Of a DNA stretch of 64,000 nt, positions 56,051 to 64,000 are shown piece by piece. The position numbers and the translations under genes are program-made. The notes under the pieces are model-generated. The model saw only the letters and a program-made list of their open reading frames with translations. It was not told the origin of the DNA and did not search any database. The stretch's first letter is position 1. Each line of letters starts with the position of its first letter. The DNA lies in NCBI GenBank assembly GCA_964479945.1, contig CAYZNS010000004.1, forward strand, positions 13,715-77,714. Reading direction: 5' to 3'. This DNA comes from an uncultured Candidatus Saccharibacteria bacterium (GTDB taxonomy: Bacteria > Patescibacteriota > Minisyncoccia > Ryanbacterales > 2-02-FULL-48-12).

Positions 56051-56122
56051 GGGGGTATGGTGAAACGGCTATCACGACGGTCTCCAAAACCGTTGTTCTA
56101 GGTTCGAGTCCTAGTATCCCCG
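56051..56122 (+). tRNA. tRNA-Trp (anticodon CCA)
   Basis: GGGGGTA-TG-GTGA-AACGGCTA-TCAC-G-ACGGT-CTCCAAA-ACCGT-TGTT-CTAGG-TTCGAGT-CCTAG-TATCCCC-G. Confidence 0.8.
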
Positions 56123-56315
56123 CATAAAATTTGAGCGAGCGAAAATTTTATCTCTACCTACAAATTACTCACACTAATTACAAATTTTAGTTTTAAAATT
56201 TGTTTTCGCTCAAATTTTGAGTAATTAGTAATTAGTATTTTGTAATTAGGACAAGGAAGATTAAGCAGAGAAAGCAAATATTGCTTTATTTCTACGTTTT
56301 GGTATACTATCCACC

Positions 56316-57038
56316 ATGACAAACAATAAAATACGCTTTTTCGTAGGATTGGGGGTTGTTGCGCTTATTGCTGCTGCAAGCGGTGTTTTTATGTGGCAAA
56401 ACGATTTCTTTTCCAGCGGCGGATCATCCGCGGCAGGCGATTTTCCGCGCGGGTATAATAAAATAAACGAGGATCCGGCCGTGGTTGCTGAATTGCCGGA
56501 AGCCCGGCGGCAGCAATACCGCAAAGAGTTTGAGGAATTGCTAAATACCATAAAAGAACATCCCGATTCTTTTGCCGCATGGTATAACTTGGGTTCTGTT
56601 AAAAGTGCCCTCGGTGACTATAAAGGCGCGGAGGCGGCATGGCTGTATGCAACGGCAATTACGCCTAATCAGGGGCGCACATACATGAACTTGGGCGATT
56701 TGTATTGGAATAAGATTAAAGACTACGAGAAGGCGGAATGGGCATATATCACGGCAATAGGAATAGAAGGCGGGCAATTGGAACGCACCCGCGCCTTCCG
56801 TGATTTGGCGACGTTATACCGCTTCTCGCTAAACCAGCATGATAAATCATTCGGCGTATTGCGCCTAGGCATTGAAGATTTGGATGATAACGGCGAGCTT
56901 TTAGCGCTCGCGGGCATGTGGGCATGGCAAGACGGCTTGCTCAAGGAAGCTGAAGAGTTTTATGTACAGTATCTCGCCCAAAATCCGGATCAAGAACAGG
57001 CGCAAAAGGACTTAGCGCAAATACGCGCTCAAATGTAA
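56316..57038 (+). CDS. membrane-anchored TPR-repeat protein
   Basis: N-terminal TM helix; repeated AWYNLG / AEAAW…A TPR-like helices. Confidence 0.6.
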   Translation: MTNNKIRFFVGLGVVALIAAASGVFMWQNDFFSSGGSSAAGDFPRGYNKINEDPAVVAELPEARRQQYRKEFEELLNTIKEHPDSFAAWYNLGSVKSALGDYKGAEAAWLYATAITPNQGRTYMNLGDLYWNKIKDYEKAEWAYITAIGIEGGQLERTRAFRDLATLYRFSLNQHDKSFGVLRLGIEDLDDNGELLALAGMWAWQDGLLKEAEEFYVQYLAQNPDQEQAQKDLAQIRAQM

Positions 57039-57128
57039 GTGCCTGCTCATAAATCTTCCACGTTGACAGTACGGATTTGTATACGGTAAGATAATTATAC
57101 AAAAAGGGGAATATAATGAGATATCTTT

Positions 57129-58646
57129 ATGATATTTATATTCTCTTTATTTCTCGTTTTACTCGCCCTCCCGGCTTTTGCCTCGGGGGCTGTTGTCGGT
57201 AATGAAATAGCATGGATGGGAACTGAAACAAGCGCGAATGACGAGTGGATTGAGTTATACAACAACGGCAGTGAAAGTATTGATTTGAGCGGTTGGCGCA
57301 TAGTGGATGCCATAAACGGATCGCCGGATATTGCCATAGGTGATGCATGTATAAAAACAACCATCTCAGCCGGAGGTTATTTCCTACTTGAACGGTCCGA
57401 TGATGATTCGGTTCCTGGTATATCTGCCGATTGCATCTATACGGGCGCATTAAGTAACAGCGGCGAACATTTGCAGTTGATAGATGCGGGCGGGAATATC
57501 ATGGATTCTGTTAATGCGGCAGATGGATGGCCTGCCGGTGATAACACAACCAAAGAGACCATGCAAAAATCTGGCGGTGGATGGGTAACGGCTCAGGCAA
57601 CGCCGAAAGCAGCAAATGCCGTAGGCGGCAGCACTGATGATCCTTATGATTCCGGCTCTGAAACTAATACCGGCGATACGAGCAAATCATCAAATTCGTC
57701 AAACCAAAGCGGGTCATCATCAGGAGGCAGTAGCGCGTATGTCCCGCCGGAAGATCTGCCGCGCATCACAGCGAATGCAGGGAAGGATACAAGCGCAATA
57801 GTGGGTGAGGAGATAGAATTTCGCGGCATGGCGTTCGGGTTAGAAGGCGAACCAATGGAACATGTACGGTATCTGTGGAATTTTGGTGATGGCGGTACGC
57901 GCGAGGGGCAGAATGTAGGGCATGCCTATATGTTCCCGGGTACGTATATGGTACGCCTTACGATTTCTTCAGGAAAATATACTGCGTTTGACGGCCTCGC
58001 CGTATCAATAGGCGAAGGAGGCATGATAATAAGCGAAGCCAAACCCGGCATGGATGGTTGGATTGAACTGCAAAACAAAGGAATCCAAGCCATTCATGTG
58101 GGGAATTGGATTATAGAATCATCCGCGCAACGGTTTATATTTCCGCAGGGTACCACTATAGCGCCCGGGAGTTTCGCGGTGCTTTCCGCGGCAACAACGA
58201 AACTTATCTTAGAAGAAGCTGGTGATGCTGTGCATCTGTTCTATCCGAACGGATCTTTCGCAAATGGTTTCTCCTATGTGTTCCAAGTTCCGGCAGGGAT
58301 GAGCATTTCAAACAACGAGGGCGTTGCAATATTTACAAATCCGACGCCGGGCAAGCCGAATGCTGTGCCGGCGCTGCCGCCAGTACAAGAACCGTTGGTA
58401 CAAAAGCGCTCTGTTGCGGCAAATGTTTTGCCGCCGACAAGCACAAAGCCAACCATTGCAACCAAAATTACTTTGCCGGCGCCGCCTATAGAGCCACTTG
58501 CCCGCGCGTCCGTGTTTGACGCCGCGCCTCCGCCATCCCAAAAAAACAGCGAAACCATCTGGTTCGCCGGAAGCCTGATAGCTGGCGGCCTCCTTGCCGT
58601 TGCAGTGGTATTTTTAAGGCGGAAAAGAAATAGCGTGGATATTTAA
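57129..58646 (+). CDS. cell-surface protein with two lamin-tail domains and a PKD domain, C-terminal TM anchor
   Basis: signal peptide; EWIELYNNGSESIDLSGWRI and GWIELQNKGIQAIHVGNWII lamin-tail motifs; PKD YLWNFGDGGT…GTYMVRLTIS; Ser-rich linker; C-terminal hydrophobic helix plus RRKR. Confidence 0.7.
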   Translation: MIFIFSLFLVLLALPAFASGAVVGNEIAWMGTETSANDEWIELYNNGSESIDLSGWRIVDAINGSPDIAIGDACIKTTISAGGYFLLERSDDDSVPGISADCIYTGALSNSGEHLQLIDAGGNIMDSVNAADGWPAGDNTTKETMQKSGGGWVTAQATPKAANAVGGSTDDPYDSGSETNTGDTSKSSNSSNQSGSSSGGSSAYVPPEDLPRITANAGKDTSAIVGEEIEFRGMAFGLEGEPMEHVRYLWNFGDGGTREGQNVGHAYMFPGTYMVRLTISSGKYTAFDGLAVSIGEGGMIISEAKPGMDGWIELQNKGIQAIHVGNWIIESSAQRFIFPQGTTIAPGSFAVLSAATTKLILEEAGDAVHLFYPNGSFANGFSYVFQVPAGMSISNNEGVAIFTNPTPGKPNAVPALPPVQEPLVQKRSVAANVLPPTSTKPTIATKITLPAPPIEPLARASVFDAAPPPSQKNSETIWFAGSLIAGGLLAVAVVFLRRKRNSVDI

Positions 58647-59788
58647 TATTTATATAATGCAATAGTTTTTTGCATCATCGTTTCAAGTGAAAATTCCGCC
58701 GTGACGCGCCTTTTATTTTCTTCCCCCATTTGTTTGCGCAAGTCCGCGTTTTGGCAAAGCTGAATAATTGAATCGGCAAGATCGGTAAGAGAAATAGGGG
58801 ACACAAGAAATCCGTTTTTTTCGTGTTCAATAATATCCGGCACGCCGCCAACGCGCGTTGCTACCACCGGCAAACCGGCAAGACCTGCCTCCAGAAGCGT
58901 GTACGGCAGTCCTTCTTTAAGCGACGGAAGTACGAATATGTCAAATGCTTTAAGATAAGGAGCGGCCGGCGATTTAGAAATAAAGAAAACATGGTTTTCC
59001 AACCCCAACTTTGCACTTTGCACTTTGCACTTTGCACTTTCTTCTCCCCATCCTATAAGGCAAAGTTTCGCTTCCGGAAACTTCTGAAGAACCGCCGGCA
59101 GAGCAACTATCAAAAAATCAAGCCCTTTATTTTTGGTCCACTCCGCGATAGTGCCAATTACCAGTGGATATTCCTGGCCGAACAATTCATGCTGTGCTTG
59201 GGCGCGCGGCAAGAATTGCAAGACCTCGATGCCATTGTGTATCAGCGTTACTTTGGAGGATGGCGCGACGTTGTATGATAACGCGGCTCGCCGATCGTTT
59301 TCGGAAATAACAATAACATGATCATGCAGGAGTACCGTTATTTTGCTTGCATAGCGTATAAGCAAGCGCTGCCAATGCGGACGCCATGTTTCTTCAAAAG
59401 GCAAGCCGTGCACTGTGAACACGCGCATGATGTTTTTGGCGGCAAGCGCGTTATAAAAAAAAGCAGCCGCTCCCGCGATACCTCCTGCTTTGGAGCTGTT
59501 CGTATGTATAATGTCCGGTTGGAAACGGCGGTATACGGCAAGAAGTTCAAAAAAAGAGATGATATCTTTGAGCGGATTGATTGATTTTTGAAATCCGGCA
59601 ATGGGGAAGACCACTACGTGTTCTTCGGCTAGTTTTTCCGTAAGCGCGCCACCGGGAACGGTTGCAACCGCTGTTTCAAATTCTTCCCGCGGCAGATGTG
59701 TGGCAAGATCAAACACATACCGCTGGGCGCCCCCCCATACGGATTTTGTGATGACAAACAGGATTTTTTTTCGTTTATCGTTTTGCAT
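58643..59788 (-). CDS. GT4-family glycosyltransferase carrying an in-frame TGCAAAG heptamer tract
   Basis: GT-B fold, EX7E-like …LPSLKEGLPYTLLEAGLAGLPVVAT; CTTTGCA x4 at 59009-59036 encodes ESAKCKVQSAK. Confidence 0.8.
   Translation of the reverse strand: MQNDKRKKILFVITKSVWGGAQRYVFDLATHLPREEFETAVATVPGGALTEKLAEEHVVVFPIAGFQKSINPLKDIISFFELLAVYRRFQPDIIHTNSSKAGGIAGAAAFFYNALAAKNIMRVFTVHGLPFEETWRPHWQRLLIRYASKITVLLHDHVIVISENDRRAALSYNVAPSSKVTLIHNGIEVLQFLPRAQAQHELFGQEYPLVIGTIAEWTKNKGLDFLIVALPAVLQKFPEAKLCLIGWGEESAKCKVQSAKLGLENHVFFISKSPAAPYLKAFDIFVLPSLKEGLPYTLLEAGLAGLPVVATRVGGVPDIIEHEKNGFLVSPISLTDLADSIIQLCQNADLRKQMGEENKRRVTAEFSLETMMQKTIALYKY
59009..59036 (-). repeat. CTTTGCA x4 heptamer tandem repeat inside a coding sequence
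   Basis: seen directly; the same heptamer builds intergenic hairpins at 47120-47150 and 7450-7465. Confidence 0.9.
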
Positions 59789-59809
59789 TATGGATGCATC
59801 ACGGACTTC

Positions 59810-59887
59810 GCTGAAGGATATGCGCTTCAGGAGGGTTTACTTGGCCAAGCGGCCGTGAGCGCCCTCCTGAAGCGCATATCCTTCAGC
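59810..59887. promoter_or_regulatory. perfect 26-bp inverted repeat with 26-nt spacer between divergent glycosyltransferase genes
   Basis: GCTGAAGGATATGCGCTTCAGGAGGG … CCCTCCTGAAGCGCATATCCTTCAGC; spacer contains CTTGGCCAAG palindrome. Confidence 0.6.
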
Positions 59888-59907
59888 AAATAATTACATA
59901 TGTTACA

Positions 59908-61062
59908 ATGTATAATACACTGTTTATGCATAATAAAAAAACTATTCTTATTTTCTCAACTGCCTATCTGCCCCTGATAGGCGGCGCGGAGCTTGCCATG
60001 CAAGAAATAACCGGCCGCATACGCGATTTTGATTTTGTTTTAATAACAGCGCGCATGCGGCGCGCGTATCCGCCGCAGGAACGCATCGGCAATGTTGAGG
60101 TGCGCCGCATTGGCGTTGGGCTTCCGGCGCTGGATAAAATCCTTGTTGGTATCGGCGGCATGCTAACAGCACGTCGCTTGATGCGCGAACGGCCTGTCTG
60201 CCTCTTTTGGGGTATGATGGCAAGTTACGCGAGCATGGCGCCGGCGCTCCTTTCTCTTCTGCGCCTCAATCAAGGCGTACCGTTTTTGCTTACGCTTCAA
60301 GAGGGAGATTCGGAAGTACATATCGCGCGCGGACGGCTTGGACTCGTACGATACGGATGGCGTTTTATGCTTCGCCACGCAAGTCATATACAGGTGATAA
60401 GCAATTATCTTGACGGTATGGCGCGGACATATGGGTACACCGGGGATATAACGCTCGTACCCAATGGAGTGGACACAAATCGTATAACGCGAAACGTAGA
60501 ACGTAGAACGCAAGAAAAAAAAGTTATTATTACAGTGTCGCGACTCGTAGAGAAAAACGGGGTTGATACATTGATTCGAGCTTTTGCGGAGGTTTATAAA
60601 AAATATCCGCTCTCCGAATTGCATATAGTGGGGGACGGCCCGTTGCGGTTTGAGCTTGAGGCGCTTTCGCGCGTGCTTGGCGTAGGGAAGGCAACAACGT
60701 TTTTTGGCGCCGTACCGTATGAGAAAGTGCCGGAACATTTGGCGGAGGCAGATATTTTTGCGCGCCCGTCACGGTCGGAAGGGTTAGGCACCGCGTTTCT
60801 GGAAGCGATGGCCGCCGGTTTGCCGATACTAGGCACGCCGGTAGGCGGCATTGTGGACTTTTTGCGGGATGGCGAGACGGGTTTGGTGTGCAACGTTGAC
60901 GATGCAGACGATCTTGCGGATAAAATATGCGCGCTTTTGGAAAATAGGGAACTTTACGAACGATTGCAAAAAAACGGCAGACAACTCGTGGAGAGTGAGT
61001 ATAGCTGGGATAGCGTCGCGGAACGGATGAAAAACATAATGAACTCGCTATGCGCATCGTAA
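59908..61062 (+). CDS. GT4-family glycosyltransferase
   Basis: N-terminal STAYLPLIGGAE, C-terminal PSRSEGLGTAFLEAMAAGLPILGT; contains ACGTAGA x2 (60494-60510); likely start at the second ATG (59926). Confidence 0.8.
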   Translation: MYNTLFMHNKKTILIFSTAYLPLIGGAELAMQEITGRIRDFDFVLITARMRRAYPPQERIGNVEVRRIGVGLPALDKILVGIGGMLTARRLMRERPVCLFWGMMASYASMAPALLSLLRLNQGVPFLLTLQEGDSEVHIARGRLGLVRYGWRFMLRHASHIQVISNYLDGMARTYGYTGDITLVPNGVDTNRITRNVERRTQEKKVIITVSRLVEKNGVDTLIRAFAEVYKKYPLSELHIVGDGPLRFELEALSRVLGVGKATTFFGAVPYEKVPEHLAEADIFARPSRSEGLGTAFLEAMAAGLPILGTPVGGIVDFLRDGETGLVCNVDDADDLADKICALLENRELYERLQKNGRQLVESEYSWDSVAERMKNIMNSLCAS

Positions 61063-62216
61063 TCGCAACGGGCATATTCCCGCCGGATATCGGAGGACCG
61101 GCGACATACAGCAAGGTATTGGCTGAAGAGCTTGTTAAGCGCGGGCACACAGTTACGGTTGTTACATACGGTAGCAATGAATCAAGAAGTAAGAATCAGG
61201 AATCAAGGAATAATAATTACGAGTTACGAGTTACGAGTTACGAGTTACGAAAAGGTATCCGGCACATGGTTTATTTCTGGCGCGTATACCGCGCGGGCCG
61301 CAATGCCGATGTAATCTACGCGCAGGATGCGGTAAGCGCGGGGTTTCCGGCGGCAGTGGCCGCACTTCTGCTCAAGCGGCGTTTTATACTTAAAATTGTG
61401 GGGGACCATGCATGGGAGCAAGGTGTGCAGCGCTTCGGCGTGCGGGACTTGCTGGATGATTTTCTTGGGAAATCATATGGCGCGCGCGTCGGCATGCTGC
61501 GCATGGTACAACGGTTTGCGGGCCGAAGAGCAAAGCACATTATCGTGCCAAGCGAATATTTAAAATCTGTGGTAGAACGGTGGGGCTTGAAGCCGGACAA
61601 AATAACAGTTATCCCGAACGCGGTTTCCATTTCACAGAATCTCGTATCAAAAAAGGAAGCGCGCGCGAAATTGGGATTGGATAGTGAAGCTTTTATTCTT
61701 CTTTCCATAGGCCGCCTTGTACCATGGAAAGGATTTGGGATGCTGATTGAATTGATGCCTCGAATTACCGCGAAAATTTCTGACGCAAAACTTATTATCA
61801 TAGGAAATGGTCCTGATGAAGATATATTACGAGTTACGAGTTACGAGTTACGAGTTCCCGTTATATTTACAGGTGGTATTCCAAAAGAAAATATTGCTCT
61901 GTATCTTGCGGCGGCTGATATGTTCTGCCTCAACACGGCTTATGAGGGTTTCTCTCATCAGCTTATTGAAGCTATGACCGCCGGTATTCCGGTGATAACA
62001 ACGAATGCGGGGGGTAATAAAGAAATCATACGGGATGGAGAAAATGCGTTGGTAGCGCGGTATAATGATGATGCAGACTGGCAAGAGAAAATTTTCTTAC
62101 TGTATCATAATGAGGCGTTGCGCCTTCGTCTGTCCCGTGGAGGAGAACATATTGCGGATCATTATTCTCTGGAGCGCATGGTTATAAAGACAGAATCCAT
62201 AATCCGTAATTCATGA
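61050..62216 (+). CDS. GT4-family glycosyltransferase with two in-frame TTACGAG tracts
   Basis: IFPPDIGGPATY…, C-terminal EGFSHQLIEAMTAGIPVITT; repeats encode …NNYELRVTSYELRKG… and …DILRVTSYELRVPV…. Confidence 0.8.
   Translation: MRIVIATGIFPPDIGGPATYSKVLAEELVKRGHTVTVVTYGSNESRSKNQESRNNNYELRVTSYELRKGIRHMVYFWRVYRAGRNADVIYAQDAVSAGFPAAVAALLLKRRFILKIVGDHAWEQGVQRFGVRDLLDDFLGKSYGARVGMLRMVQRFAGRRAKHIIVPSEYLKSVVERWGLKPDKITVIPNAVSISQNLVSKKEARAKLGLDSEAFILLSIGRLVPWKGFGMLIELMPRITAKISDAKLIIIGNGPDEDILRVTSYELRVPVIFTGGIPKENIALYLAAADMFCLNTAYEGFSHQLIEAMTAGIPVITTNAGGNKEIIRDGENALVARYNDDADWQEKIFLLYHNEALRLRLSRGGEHIADHYSLERMVIKTESIIRNS
61217..61251 (+). repeat. TTACGAG x4 (+1 degenerate) heptamer tandem repeat inside a coding sequence
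   Basis: seen directly. Confidence 0.9.
61827..61854 (+). repeat. TTACGAG x4 heptamer tandem repeat inside a coding sequence
   Basis: seen directly. Confidence 0.9.
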
Positions 62217-63250
62217 AAATCGTAATGTTCACATCCGATCCCCAGGCATTTGTTTCCGGATCGCATACCTGGAACCGCATGCGTCTGTATGAAGCTGCAC
62301 TGGAGAAATTGGAACTTGTCCGCATGGACCGGTCACAAGGAAGATATGCAAGATTTTGGCGCGGATATAAGAAAGCAAAGCTGCTTGTACGCGGCGAGCG
62401 CTATGATCTTATAGTGGCACAGGATGTGGAGCACGCATTCCTTGCGTGGCATCTTTCCCGGCGCTGCGGCGTGCCGTTTCAAATGCAGATTCATACGGAT
62501 ATATTCAGCCCATACGTTTGGAGGGGCAGCATGTTGAACAAGGCGCGCGTTCTGTTCGCCATGTTCCTGATCCCGCGGGCATCATGCATACGGGTTGTAT
62601 CAGAGCGCATACGGCGTTCCATTACGGCGCGATACCCTGATACGCATATATCTATTACGGTGCTCCCCGTTATTCCCGCATATTCCGGAACTCCGGAAGC
62701 AAAACTTCCGGAATTTTTTACCGTACTTATGGTTGCGCGGCTGGAGAAGGAAAAAAACATTCCCTTAGCGCTGCGCGTATTCGCCAAGTTTTTACGGGGG
62801 CATCCGGGGGCGCGTCTGCGCATTGTTGGAAACGGATCGCAAAGAGCGGCATTGAAACGCATGTGCGCTGCTTTGGGAATTGAACATTCGGTGGAGTTCC
62901 GGGAAGCGTTTTCTATGAAGGAATATGAAACCGCCCATGTTTTGCTGCTCACCTCAAATTATGAGGGATACGGAATGGTGGCGCTGGAAGCGTTGCGGAG
63001 CGGTTTGCCGGTGATTATGACTAATGTCGGCGTGGCGGGTGAAGTTGTGCTGGATGGCGTAAATGGCCTGGTGGTGCCCGTGGGAGACGAAGAAAAACTG
63101 CTGGAAGCGCTTACTCGCTATGCAGGGGATAGCGCGGTGCAAGATCGGCTGCGCCGGGGGGCTAAGGCAACGCAGGCGCCCTATGCATCGCAGGAAGAAT
63201 ACAGGGATAAGCTTTTGGCGTCATGGCGAACATGCGGCATGAAAAATTAA
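62213..63250 (+). CDS. GT4-family glycosyltransferase
   Basis: LTSNYEGYGMVALEALRSGLPVIMTNVGVAGEVV; ATGA overlap upstream. Confidence 0.75.
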   Translation: MKIVMFTSDPQAFVSGSHTWNRMRLYEAALEKLELVRMDRSQGRYARFWRGYKKAKLLVRGERYDLIVAQDVEHAFLAWHLSRRCGVPFQMQIHTDIFSPYVWRGSMLNKARVLFAMFLIPRASCIRVVSERIRRSITARYPDTHISITVLPVIPAYSGTPEAKLPEFFTVLMVARLEKEKNIPLALRVFAKFLRGHPGARLRIVGNGSQRAALKRMCAALGIEHSVEFREAFSMKEYETAHVLLLTSNYEGYGMVALEALRSGLPVIMTNVGVAGEVVLDGVNGLVVPVGDEEKLLEALTRYAGDSAVQDRLRRGAKATQAPYASQEEYRDKLLASWRTCGMKN

Positions 63251-64000
63251 AAGTCTGTTATATAGTGCCGGAAATTGCGGAAGATGCCTCAACGCATTTT
63301 GAGCATAAGCGGGAAATTATACAGGAGCTTCGGGGCGATATTGAATTTTTTGTATATGCTCCGACTCTTATAAGCATCGTGAAAATCAAATTTGCTTATT
63401 TTTTCCGCGGCGTTCGCATATTCTATGTGCATTATTCATTCAAGGGCGCGCTCGTTGCCATACTCCTTACAAAACTTTTTGGCGGCAGGGTCTTTTACTG
63501 GAACTGCGGTATGCCATGGTTGTATAAGCGCGGGTGGCTGGAGGAGAAATTATTTAGATTTATTTTACGGAACTCGATATTTGTTACCGGCACGAATTCT
63601 CTTGCGGAACACTATGCTGATCGGTATGGGCTTGATCGCGCGCGCGTACGCGTAGTGCCGAATTATATTCGCGTCTCGCATATGCAGGGAATTACGCGCG
63701 ATTCAGCGCGTAGGGAACTTGAGATTCCATCGGGTAAAAAGGTTGTACTTTTTCTGCATCGCCTCTCGCGGCGCAAGGGGGCGCATTTTTTGCCGGATAT
63801 TTTAAAAGAGTTTGCGATCAGGGAAGACGTACTATTTTTGATAGTCGGCGACGGCCCCGAACGTACCAATACCGAGTTACGAGTTACGAGTTACGAGTTA
63901 CAAAACAGGGTTCGTTTTGAGGGAAATGTGCCAAATAATCGTGTGCCAATTTATTTCGCAGCCGCGGATGTTTTTCTTATGCCTTCCGAAGAAGAGGGGA
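63238..64000 (+). CDS. GT4-family glycosyltransferase (3'-truncated by window) with in-frame TTACGAG tract
   Basis: ATG at 63238 overlapping the upstream stop; …LFLIVGDGPERTNTELRVTSYELQNRVRF…FLMPSEEEG; not in the ORF track because it has no in-window stop. Confidence 0.65.
63877..63897 (+). repeat. TTACGAG x3 heptamer tandem repeat inside a coding sequence
   Basis: seen directly. Confidence 0.9.

Noticed and set aside
60163-61177. Two minus-strand ORFs of 191 and 215 aa
   Set aside because: Antisense to the GT4 genes 59908-61062 and 61050-62216.
1-64000. rRNA genes, a tmRNA or an RNase P RNA
   Set aside because: No 16S/23S/5S-like conserved stretches were seen. No tmRNA tag-reading-frame or tRNA-like ends beyond the annotated tRNAs, and no RNase P P4 motifs, were seen by eye.

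Overview
This 64-kb window looks like a chromosomal segment of a small-genome, CPR/Patescibacteria-like bacterium (inference). Supporting signs: compact versions of core genes (376-aa DnaX, 1054-aa RpoB, 150-aa EF-Ts, a ThrRS without its editing domain, RF1 without domain 1), TGA used as a stop codon, and most housekeeping genes lacking a Shine-Dalgarno sequence.

Recognisable genes include:
- hrcA-grpE-dnaK with a perfect CIRCE operator
- dnaX, xseA/xseB, pepF, rpoB-rpoC, ftsK, recA, the rpsF-ssb-rpsR operon, ychF, a phosphomannomutase, miaA, thrS, dnaE, prfA-rpmE, rpsB-tsf
- a peroxiredoxin, an ArsR regulator, a cysteine desulfurase, a ferredoxin, an Fe/Mn SOD, htrA, clpB, rpmG
- six tRNAs
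- a surface/glycosylation locus at the 3' end: a TPR protein, an LTD/PKD surface protein and five GT4 glycosyltransferases

The main unexplained feature is the non-coding architecture. Almost every spacer is a long nested palindrome built from tandem heptamers, with a different heptamer family in each spacer. Several families of dispersed structured elements recur and show compensatory base changes. The same heptamer runs also sit in-frame inside four of the five glycosyltransferase genes, which makes them candidate phase-variation loci.

Other notable items:
- a tRNA-like gene interrupted by a 116-nt insert that itself carries an intact tRNA-Thr
- a palindromic element split by a cargo ORF with 58-nt terminal inverted repeats
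- an inverted-repeat-flanked GIY-YIG cassette
- two putative horizontally acquired islands with Shine-Dalgarno-bearing genes and distinct codon usage
- an HRDC-XseA fusion
- an in-frame palindromic insertion in miaA

No rRNA genes or CRISPR arrays were seen.
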